Source of the DNA: a virus
Virus record (IMG/VR): IMGVR_UViG_3300031576_001126
Span: 32,001-96,000 of that record
Direction: 5' to 3' (one strand)
Length of the DNA stretch: 64,000 nt
A program made the translations under genes and the position numbers. This document shows, one piece after another, positions 10,010 through 22,000 of the stretch; within the stretch, counting starts at the first letter, position 1; the number at the start of each line of letters is the position of its first letter. The notes beneath the pieces are model-generated. The model was not told the DNA's origin. It saw only the letters and a program-made list of their open reading frames with translations, and did not search any database.

Positions 10010-13000
10010 ATGGCGGATGTTAGTATACAGGCGAATGAAGCCTTTTTAAATTTCTCAGACTTGGAAGGAGATATAAGCTCTCAAAAGTTTTCTATTACAC
10101 CTAATTTGTGGGTCGGACAAGTTTTTTTGTCAAGAACTGATGAATTAGACAAGATTTTTTTCCTTTGCGACAATACGGAAGCTTTAGAAGTTGAACTTTA
10201 TACAGCTTTAGTGAGCGGCGGAGGACAAGTGTTTACCCCCGACTTTCTACTCGCTTCCGTTTCTCATCCAGAAAATGGGGCAAGTCCATTTCAAGATATT
10301 TCTGTTGGGAATCAAAGTAATTCTGGTGGAATTTGGAGAAAAATAACATTTGATACGCCAATTTCTCTTGTTGAGGGCGCATTTTATATAATAGTTTTTA
10401 AAACAACAAGCACATCTAAAAGTCCAACAATTTTCTGGACAGCAAATTATAGACAATCAATAAACCCAATAATCACCGCATCCAATGATGCTGGTGCTAC
10501 ATGGTCAAATGACAATATTGAAACAATAACGGCAGGAAATACACAAGCCGGAGCGGTTTGTTTCGGATACGTTGGAAAAGAAGTTGATACAATTACTTAT
10601 TTGGACTCTGGAACGGTCACAATAGGAGGAACAGTCTCTTCAAGAAGAGGATATTCTGTTTTTCTATATGTTGAAAATTTAGATCCATTAAGCACAACTG
10701 TTGGAATTAACTTTTCGCAATTACCTCCTTCTGATCCAATAAATGGAACCAGCGAAGAAACCGATCAGGCCATGATGAGATGGTATTTTTTTGAAGAAGG
10801 CATTTTGCCAGTTTCTGCTGATTTTGAACCAGTTTTATTCAAAACAAATGTACAAGCAAAATTAGATATTAATGCTGAATTTGTGTTGTATATCCAACCA
10901 GATAGAATCTCGCCCTTGGCCGATACATATTATCCTGAAAGTGAAATAAACACATATGCAAATCCGATAGGGTTGATTCCTATATATAGCAGCACAAAAG
11001 AATTCATAGATTTTGATACTCCTTCCAATGCCTCTGATGAAAACGTCAATATGACTGCATCAACTGATGTAACTGATAGATTTGGAATTCAAAACTGGGC
11101 TCATTTAAAAAACAAAGCTAAACTTGAAACTTCGGGTAATCAAAGGCTGGCTTCTAGTTCTCAAAATCCAAGTTATTTTGATTTTTCAACAGAAAATCCA
11201 AGCAAAGATGTCGAAATTATAAAAACAATAACTCTAGATGGAACATTAGATGGAATAGAAAATGAAGAAGATGTAACAAGAGGATTTAATAGATCTGAAT
11301 TTTTAAAAAACAAATATATATTTTTTTCAAAAAAAGCAGAACAGGGTTATATTTCTTCTCCGTCATATCCAACTACTCCTGGCAAACTTTTGGCTTATGT
11401 TGCCGATAGTGATTTGATAAATTGGGAAAGAAAAACAATATCCGTGCTGGATTCTTCTCCCTCGACTCTTGGTTTGACTTTTGGAGATACAGCTTCAACA
11501 TATATTATTGGAGTTTATGACTCTGTTGTGGTCGCTATGCAAGGTGTTGAAACATTATTTGTTTTATTTCAAACCATATCTTTTTCGACAATTGGATCGG
11601 CAACATTCCCCTCTGGATTCCATATCGGATATTATCAGGGCGATTTTAGTGAAAGCGATATTCAATTTCAATTAATCAATCATGAACTTACAGATGTTCC
11701 AAATCTTGCCGACGTTAATTTTTCAAAGTTTACAGTAAACAATATTGATGAACAAAAATCAAGATTTATATTTCCAAATAATTCGGAAATTTTATATTTT
11801 TCGGCATCTAATGCTTCTGCTATATATGGTCTTGGAATATGGAAAATAAATCTTACTGATAGTTTATCTTCAATTTACGAAGCGGAGAGATTAAAAGTAA
11901 ATTCAGATACATCTATAGAACAAACGGGTATTTCCGACGAAAAAGACAAACAAATAACATTTGTTCTTTACGATGGAAATACAACTTATCTTGGGATTAG
12001 AACTAGTATTTCATACACATTTAGTTCGGTAAATGTCCCTACGATTGGTTCAAGTTATTTTGCAAGAGTTTATAGAACTGATGATTTTACAACATTCGAA
12101 CAATTGCTTGGCGGAGAAGCTTATAATTCGGCTTCTGCCGCCAATTTTCCATCCTGGCTTTCTGGAATTCATAGCGCACAGGATTATGATCCAACAAACG
12201 AAGGTGTTGTTTGGCCTCAGGTCGGAGAAGATTTTATTCCAAGCAACGAAGTCAAATTCATGCATAAAGTTGGAAACATATTGCATGTCTGGACTAATTG
12301 CTCTGCCTTTACTTCTGCGAATACTCCAATACATGTTGCCATAGATATTGTTTCAAAATCGACCAAAGTATTAAGATTGTTCCCAATAGAAGATGAAGCC
12401 GATTCCAGTTACGGAACAATTCCCAAAGTTTCAGATCTTGAGTTATATCCAAGAAGCAAAGCGTTAAGATGGATCGAGGGTGGTTCGGTAAATGGCAATC
12501 ACATTTTTATTTATGGAGCAGAATCATTAACATCATCTCTTGAACCCGCCACAATGAGCGCCTCATTGGATACTTTTGATTATGTCGCTGATCATGTCTT
12601 TAAATCTGATGATTTTAAAACAAGATGGTTGATTTATGATGATAGAACTATAAATGATGCTTTTGAAAAATATAATAGCTTGTCTGATTTTATAGGAAAT
12701 GCTGGAATCTCATCCATTTTATTTGAAGGAACTGGAAATGATGATATAAATATTGGTGGGACATATAGCGGAACAACATTTGACGAAAGATATTTGATTG
12801 AAGTCGAAAATAAAGGTTTGGTTGAATCCTTCACTGCCGGGGTTGGGATAGGTAACGGTCCTCTTGATGATTTTAATGCCAGCGGAACACCAACGGCCAC
12901 ATCTCAAAAAGAATTTATTGTTGAAATAGATAGAATTGCAGAAGTTGGAACAGGAACAGTAGCTAATGCCGGAGTTGGATCTCTAAATGATCCAAGCGCA

Positions 13001-16000
13001 GGATTTGCCGGATCTGGATCCAATGATGCTCAATTTACAACATTATTGTTGACACCTCTCTCTCCCAAAGCCATTGGCGTTGAAATAACATCTCTTGCTG
13101 CAGCAGACGTTTTCACTGGGTCTGGACTTAATGATTTGACGGCGCAAGCATCTTTGAATCCCGGATTAACATCTCAAGAAGAATTCAAGGTTGAAATAGA
13201 TAGCGCAGGATTAATTCCAAATAATACGGGACTTACGGCCTCTGCAAGTCCTGCTCCGACTCAGCAAAAGGATTATCATGTTGAAATAGTCGAGGATGCT
13301 GGAACAGAAATATTTTTAGGTTCAGGGCAGGATGATTTAAATGCAACTGTAACTTCACCATCAGAAAGCTATACTTATCAAATAGAAATAGAAAAATTAG
13401 CTTATGAAGATCAATTTGATCCAGCTATTATTACATCTGTTGTCGGTGATGATTTGGAAGCTTTTGGCAATTCAACAGAAGGATATCTCTATCAAGTAGA
13501 AATCGTCAGAAAAGCCATGGATGTAGAAACTGTAACTGGAACATTTTTGGATGACTTCCAAGTCACAAGACAAGTTGTTTTTAATGGAACTGGAACCAAT
13601 GATTTTGAAATAGTAGAAAGTTTAAGTCAAGATGGAATAGAATATAACTATGATATTTTAATAGAAATAGATGGACTTACATCATACAAATTATCAACTG
13701 ATGGAGGAGCAACTTTTGCCAGCGCATTAAATCCAATTGTAGCCAACACTCCATTTAATGTTGCTAGTTCTGGCTGGCGTGGACAATTCACGGTTGGATC
13801 TGGCTATGTTGTTGGTGATAAATGGTCTTTTCAAACAGTAGCAAATGTTTCGGCTGTTTACAAAGTTGAAATTGATAGTATTGGTTTGGATCCTGCTCCT
13901 GACACAAGTCCAGCAAATGGGGGTATTGATGATTTATCGGCGTCAACATCTGGTGGTGGGCCTTTGGATCAATTTTTATATGAAGTTGAAATAACAGATC
14001 AATCAGCAAGGAATGTGAGTTTTTCAAATCCCAGAATAGCCACAAATGAAGATGGAATATTTACGGCGAACCAAAACTACGATCCATCAACTAGCGCCGG
14101 TGCTTTGATAAAAGCCCTTGGAAATATACCAGAGAATAGGGATTTTGACGATCTTCCATTCGGATCCGATGCAATAGCCTATAGAACAGAAATAGACGGC
14201 AAAGCCCTAGATGCGTCCGTTTATGGATCTTATTTATATACTATTTCAAGAAACATTGTATCAAATTCAATATTTAAAATAATAAACACGTCTCACTTGG
14301 ACAATATACCGTCTCCATTGTCGACAACAAATGTGTCTGTGGATGGTATTGATTTTGTTGTATCTGGAAATTATGCTTATATAATATCAACATCTCTTGG
14401 AGATAATTCTTTAGAGATATACGATGTTTCTGACAAAACTTCTCCAATGTTATTATCAACATTGGATCTCGGAATATTTGTAAGTTCGGTCATTTCTATA
14501 ATTGGAGATACTGTTTATTTAGTGTCTAATGTTGTCCCCTCTCTCCCAAATTCAAGTTCTATAAATTTAATAGTTATAAATGTTGGGAATCCATTAAACC
14601 CATACATAAGAAGTGTGACAAGATCAACCGGAGGAGGAAGCGCTTCTGCCCTTTTTTCATCAAAACCTTTGCCATTAAGAGAGATGGTTTATCTTTCTCA
14701 ATCAAGCACAGCCTCGTTTTTTATTGTTAATGACAAAGATATTCCTCTAAATATAGGCCCAACGGACAACACTTTCGATGGTGGAAGTGGACAGACCGGC
14801 ATAGAGGCTTTAGATGACAGACTTTATGTTGCAAGCAGCAACAATAGAAAAGTTTTTGTATATAACGATCTCTCTTCCATGGAGTCCTTTGTTAGTTATG
14901 TTTTGCTTTCTGGTGGACCATTTTTTGAAGGAGAAATGATTGTAAAAACTTCATCGACTCCTACGGCCGGTGCTAATGCTACAATATTAACCGTAGTTGC
15001 ACCTTTTCCAACATCAGGTGAATTAAAATTAGGAAATGCATCACAATTAACTGGGATAACCATAGCTCCAAGTTCACAGTTTATATCAGGAGATACAATT
15101 TTTGGGGTTGAAAGTGGTGCTACTGCGACATTATCCTCAGGATTAACATTTAAAAACAAAGATGCTTCTGGTGCAAATCAGACTTCTACTGTTGGATTTA
15201 GAAAGGCAGCAACGATAACAACCTTTGGATTGAACCCAAATAATGTTCATCCTTTTAATTTTCTTATAAAGTCCAGTGAAGCAATCATTCTTAGCTCGCC
15301 GCCCATAACCATTGATTCGTTTGAAAATTCTACAGAATTTACATTTACTGTCTCTGGAACAACGGCAACAATATCTGGAAACATTACAGCACAAATTTTA
15401 AATGGATCTACTGTTAAATTTTACAATTTAACTGGCGGATCTGCCAATATTCTATTTGTAACATACAGAACTGTGCGCTCTGTCACCTATAATTCTGGTC
15501 CAAACACTACGACATTTACAATTTCTTCTATTTTAAGCGATAGAACTGGAGGAAAATGCTTTAAAATTGTAAATTATACGTTGCTTGCAGTTTCTTTGAC
15601 TGGAACAAATGCGGGTGTTGAAATTTACGATATGACAAATATCATAAATTTGGATGCATCTTTAAATCCATTAATATATCCATCACAAATGCTTGCAAGA
15701 ATTCCATTGTCAGATTTATCAGGATCTCCAAATTTCATATCAAATAGAGGCGATATTTTATATATATCCACAAGTGCCGGAGTGGATATATTTGAAATAT
15801 CAAGATCTTCCATAGTTCATAGTCATGAAAATCTTGGACATCTTATTGCTAAAAAAATAAACTCAACATCCGCCGGATCAACAATTGGAAGACTTGCCGT
15901 TTCTCCGATAAGTATATCTAATAATGTTGAATTTATAGGAAGGGTTGGACCAGTTTCCTTTACTCCTGTTTCCCTGGCGTCATCTGCTGGAAACAATATT

Positions 16001-19000
16001 CTACAAGCCATATCTGTGGATGGGAGATTGTCATTATCTTCTATTTCTGGATTTAATGCTGGAGATACAATAACTGGCTTGACATCTGGAGCCACGGCTA
16101 TAGTTTTCGCCTCTACAATTGGTTCGACGGCATATGGAAATCTTAATGGGAAATTTATACTTGGAGAAACAATTTCAAGTTCGGGAGGAGGCTCGGCTTC
16201 AAATTTTGGGTTATCAAATCCAGAACTACTAAGTATGAAGTCTGGAAAATACATTATAAAAGCAACATCAAGCACACAATATGTTTACTCTACAGATGGT
16301 GGAAAAACATTTACCACAACGCCAATTTTAATGTTAACATCCTTTGCGGGAATTGGATCAACTGGAGTTAGTATCAGGTTCGAGAGCACAACAACTCATG
16401 TCGCCGGAGATATTTGGGAATTCGAGGTTGGTCCAAATGGAATTTTCGATTACAAGGTTGAGATAGATAGTCTGTGGAATGATTCTTTGATTTTCACTGG
16501 ATCTGGATTGGATGATCTTAAAGTTTTTGGAGATCCGACCAATAATATTGATGTCGAAATAACAATAGATGGAACAGCGGAACAATTCGGATATGGTTAT
16601 GGGTTTGGATTGGGTGGAGACTTTTTCAACATATTCGGTTTTGCCGGCCCAGATTATGGTTATGGCGGAGGATCTTTCGAATATGATTATGCATATTCTT
16701 ATGATTATGGACTAGGATACGAGTATGGATATGGATATCCATTTGAAAACAACGCCACATCAACGGACACATTCTCTTATGTTGCAACAGTAAATAGCAT
16801 AACTATAGCATCTGGTTTTCAAATACCAATAACAGAAGATTTACAAAACATAACAAATGGAATACAAATAGAGTTTGGAAGCAAAGGCAAATTTAGCGAA
16901 GACTATCTCTTCACGTTATTCGGTTCTGCATCTCCGAGTGATGGATTCCAAATAATAAAATTGGATTCTATATATTCTGATTTAACATCTGGAGCAATAG
17001 TAGAAACACAATCTGTAGAAGATGCTGTTACTTTAGGACAAGTTAGTATTGCCTGCGATGAAAACTTAATGATAATAGGCAATCAAACTACTCCGTCTGT
17101 TTATATTTACAACACTAGAGATCCAGAGAATACCCATCTTGTTGGTGTGGAATCAGTAGTCCAGAATTGTGAAGACATTAGAATAAATGACAATTTACTA
17201 TTTATCGGTGGAAATTCTGGAGGAAACTCTCAATTTGTTATATATGATTTAACATATGCACAAGTTTCTGAACTTGTTGAGGACGATGTTGTTAATTTAT
17301 CGGATCCTTTTGTGAACATAAGAATAAAAGATGATTATGCTTTTGTTTTGGTAGATGACAGCGTTAATATAATTCTTCAATCTTGGGATATTTCCAATCC
17401 AATCAGTGTTCCAGTTTCGCCTGATGATACTTTGTCTTTGTCGTTTACGTCCGGCGGAGCGGATGCCTTGTCGTCTACAATTTCTGGAAATTATCATTAT
17501 TCTGCTGGGAATGTATCTGGAACATATTTTTTGAAAACTGTCGACATAACAAATCCAACGGCGCTTGTTTTATCAAGCTCTATATCTTTTGAATCTTCTT
17601 TTGTGGTTTTTTCCATAACATCTACTAATAATTTTTTATATATAACAGGACATAGGACAGTCCCAATTAATGCCGAAAGGCTTGTAAAGGTGTATGATAT
17701 TGTTTCTACTCCTGGAACTCCGGTTTTTACTGGAGAATATAAAGACTCCTTTGATGGTGCAGATTCTAGGATGACAGACATAAAAGCCAAAGATGGTATT
17801 GTGTATACAATGGCATTAAATAATAGCACTTCAGCATCATCCCTCTATATAATAGATGTTTCTCAACCAACAAATCCGTCATTATTAACAAGTATATTGG
17901 TTGCTGATTACACTGTTTTATTAAATCTATGCACATTAACAAGAACGCAGGGGCATACTTATGGGGACAAATGGAATTTTTCATCCAGAGACACATTTAG
18001 ATGGACCGATGACGCAAGAAGACCAGTTACCATTTGGAACGAAGAAGAAGTCGAGATAAATTCTGGAATTCAGAACATAGACAATTTAACCGCAGTGCTT
18101 TTCTTAGAAAAAACAGCAGGATATGCTCTTGGTGACACTTGGGATTTTTCAACTGTTGATACTTTTAGATGGGCGGCGGATATAACTGGAACGGTATTGG
18201 ATATTTCTGATTCAAGTTTTGAATGGCAAGAAGAAAAAATCAAAGCGCCATTTGAAGGCGGAGTTATTGATCTAGAATCCACTTCTCCATTTGACAATCC
18301 AAATGTTAAATTGGATTTCTTTGATTCCAACGGATATTTCATAGGAGATTTTATAGACTGGTCATACACTCAACAAGATAGTTATTCTGTAAGAATTTAT
18401 GAATTTAATCCACTTCTTGGTTTGGATGTAATTAGAACATCACCATTTTTGATTACTCCAACTACGCCAACTTTGCCAACAAATCAACTTGTTACCGCAG
18501 GATCTCCGGTGTCGGTTGCAATAACTTCTCCTGAAGCAACTGGCCCTGTTTTTGTGGAGTTTGATGGTGGAATAGGACACAAAACTGGAGATAAATGGAC
18601 ATTTACAACACTAGATACATTCAGATGGACAGATAAAGTTTTTCCTCAACTTATTGACAACGATCCTATCTCTGGTTTTGTTATTCAATGGAATGAAACA
18701 AAAGTTCCAATTATGACGGACGTATTAACTCTATATTCTTTAAATAATAATGTTGATATTACCATAGGTAATAAAAATGGCCATGATATAGGAGATGCTT
18801 GGATTTTTTCAACTGTTGATACTTTTAAATATTCGGTTGGGGATGATCTAGATGACTTGTCTCAAAAAAGAACCGATATTCCCATACCTCTCGAAGGAGG
18901 AATTTCAAGCATTGGAAAACAAGATACTGCCGCAAACGATAAAGATTCTGAAAATAATGTATTTATAGATTCAAACTATGATGTAGGACACAGTATTGGT

Positions 19001-22000
19001 GATAAATGGACATTTTCAACAACTGATGCCTTTAGATATATCATATTGAACTTTGGATATGGTTATGGATTTGGATCGGGGGCCGATTACTTTGATGTGT
19101 TTGGTCATCTTGGAGGATTTGTTGGATATGGATGGGATACTTCAAATCAAATAGGCACAAATAATCAATTATTTGAATCTGTTAATGCATCACAATATGG
19201 ATATGGAACGGGATATGAATATGGTTTTGGTCAATATGGATTCTCTTTTGACATAGACATTAATTGCATTCCAATAAAATTAACAAACAACATAGGCAAT
19301 GGTGTTGTTTTGGATTTTTCAAATCTTTCTGGGCACAGTGGAAATGAAATTTGGCAATTTTCATCATCAGACAAGTTTGTCTACAATATAGACGGTGGAT
19401 CTGATATTGGACCAATAAATGTGAGTGATGATTTTGTTGGTGTTGAAAACGGGATATCAATAAAATTCAACAGTCTTTCTGGATTTTCAGTTGGAGATTC
19501 TTGGGATTTTAAAACAATAGATACTTTTAAATATTATGAAGATAATGTTCTTATTGCTTCTAATATTAATTTATCAACATCGTCAATAAGTCTTGAGTCA
19601 TATATGAGCATATCGTTTGGAAACGTGACTGGCCATACTGTTGGCAATTATTGGACTTTTGATGCTTTAGATGAATTCACGTATGAAGTTAAAACTCTTC
19701 CAAACACCAAAACGCTTAACGATAGCATAGTTCTTGGATCAACCATTACTGGATCGACATCTGTTATAACTGGGATTTCTCAACCCGTTGGAGGAGGCTC
19801 AGATGTTGATGTTACATTTACAAATCAAAATGGACACACTCTTGGAGATAAATGGAGAATAGCAAATGTTGATTCTTATAAGTGGAGTGATAATAATGGC
19901 TTATCTTATACCATATTAAAAATAGCGACATCAACACCAAGTCTTCTTTCCAATGGAATTTCAGCAAGTTTCCCAACTCTTAACAATTTGAGAAATCACA
20001 ACGTTGGAGACAAATGGACTTTCGATGCTTTAGATGAAATTAAGTGGTCTAAAAATAATGGGTCCACATTTGAAGCAAGTGGATTGCCCGCCTTGATATC
20101 TCCGACAACATCGATAGGGAGTGGTCTTAATTTTTCATTTGATGCATCACTTGGACATGATATCGGGGATATATGGACTTTTCATCCAGTTCCAAAAATA
20201 GGGTATCAACTTGTGGAAGGGAAAGGTGTTTATCATGGAAAAACAATAGCGATATTTGATCACGATGAAACAGCAAGAATGTTTTCTGATTATCCCGCTC
20301 TTTCTCCGGATCTTAGTACTCTATCAACAAAACCAAGGGCTGGAATTTATTGTGGATTAGTTAACTATGCTGGAAGTTCTGTTGATAATATAGAATTTGA
20401 CAATTCAAATACCCCAGAATCAATAATAACAGCTAATGGTATTACTTATATAATATCTGAAAATGATGACGACGGAATAAGAGCGTTTAAAACCTATGGA
20501 ATAAAAGAACTTCCTCAAAATTGGGGTAAATCTTTTCAAACATCTTTGGGAGCGCAATCAACTATAACTGCTTTTGAAAAAATAGATATAGATAAAGCAA
20601 ATTTTGAACTCGCTGTCGGAGGGCCAAGCACTTTTGTAAATATCATAAGAAGAGGCCATGTTCAAAAAATAAATGGCGCTGTATTTATTTCTGAAATAAA
20701 AAAAGATTCATTATCTGCTGGATTTGATAATGTAAACTTAACATTTCCCAATAGATCTATTTTAGCTATATCTAATACGCTAAGAAGACCTCAAGAAATA
20801 ACAGCTTTCTTTAATATTAATTATCTTGGAGATATAGAGTCGGATGTCATAGGCGGTGTTCCTGTGGCCGATATTCTCTCAAATATAGAGGCTTCCAACA
20901 CGAATATTTTTATAAAATGCGCAGAAACCATAGAAAAATTATTTGAAGAACCAAAAGCCATATTAGATATTCCCCTGGCTCAAGATGTTGATGGAAGTAA
21001 TTCTACAAGATCTCTTATATCAAACACATTCCAAACAGATACTGAAAATAACTTCTTCAGAATAGAAAGTAACAATCTTCTATCGGATGATAGTGGAAGC
21101 GGAAATCCAAGAGAATTAGTTGATTTGAAAATAAAAGGATTAAGATTACACGATATAACTTTGCAAGGTCCTGAAGAAAATACAAACAATATGAAAGTTG
21201 CTGTTACTGGCATAATTGACGAAGGATCAGGAGTTCCTGAAAATGCTCTTCAAAACGGAGTTCATGTGCCTTCCAATGGGGAGATAATCGTTGATTTCAA
21301 CAAACCAATTTATTTAAGCGAAATCAGCTTTGACGTTGAATACTTTGGAACGGATTTAGCTGGCGCTAACCAATCTCAATTCTCGATATATGCTCTTACG
21401 ACATTCCACAATCAAAAATATGGAAATAATATAATTGACAAGAATGATTGGACTTTAATTGGATCTCCGGAGTTTGTAAGTCTTACTGGAAATCAAGATT
21501 CCATTTCAAAAGATGCCATAGGCATGTTTGTAAAGTCAGTAAGAATATTTCTTAATTCCGGGGTCACCCTGAAAGTAAAGAATCTGTCATTCAAAAGTTT
21601 TACTGGATCTTCTGATCAATTTTCTTCAAGTGGAGATGTGAAGTCCCCGGAAATGATAACAATAGATGATCCATTCGGAATCCTTGTTGCGGATATTTCC
21701 GGGATGCCGTCTTCTTTTGCAGTGTTAAATAGTGACGGCAGCAATATAACTATAGATTTAGAGGAAAACGTTCCTGTCACAAGAATTTCTCTCGGAGCAT
21801 ATTCCGGAAACGATCCAACAAAATCTTTGAAAATAGAATCATGGGACGGAGCCACTACATTGCTTGGGTCTCCGGTTTATGAAATACTTCATAATGCTCC
21901 AATAAGCGATTATGAACTTTCTGTTGTACAATGGACTCCAAGATTAAAAGATAAGTCCAGAGAAGTTCAAGTTATTTTCCTTTCTTCAGGGGATATAGAA

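Larger units (their letters stand above)
12707..20195 (+). repeat. Split-repeat array: about 11 'FxGxGxDDL...YxVEID' half-units followed by 12 'DTFxW...GHxxGDxWxF' half-units
   Basis: Read directly from the translation. An intact unit joining both halves is at about 13574-13840 (VFNGTGTNDF...IEIDGLTSYKLSTDGG...GYVVGDKWSF). Confidence 0.8.
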
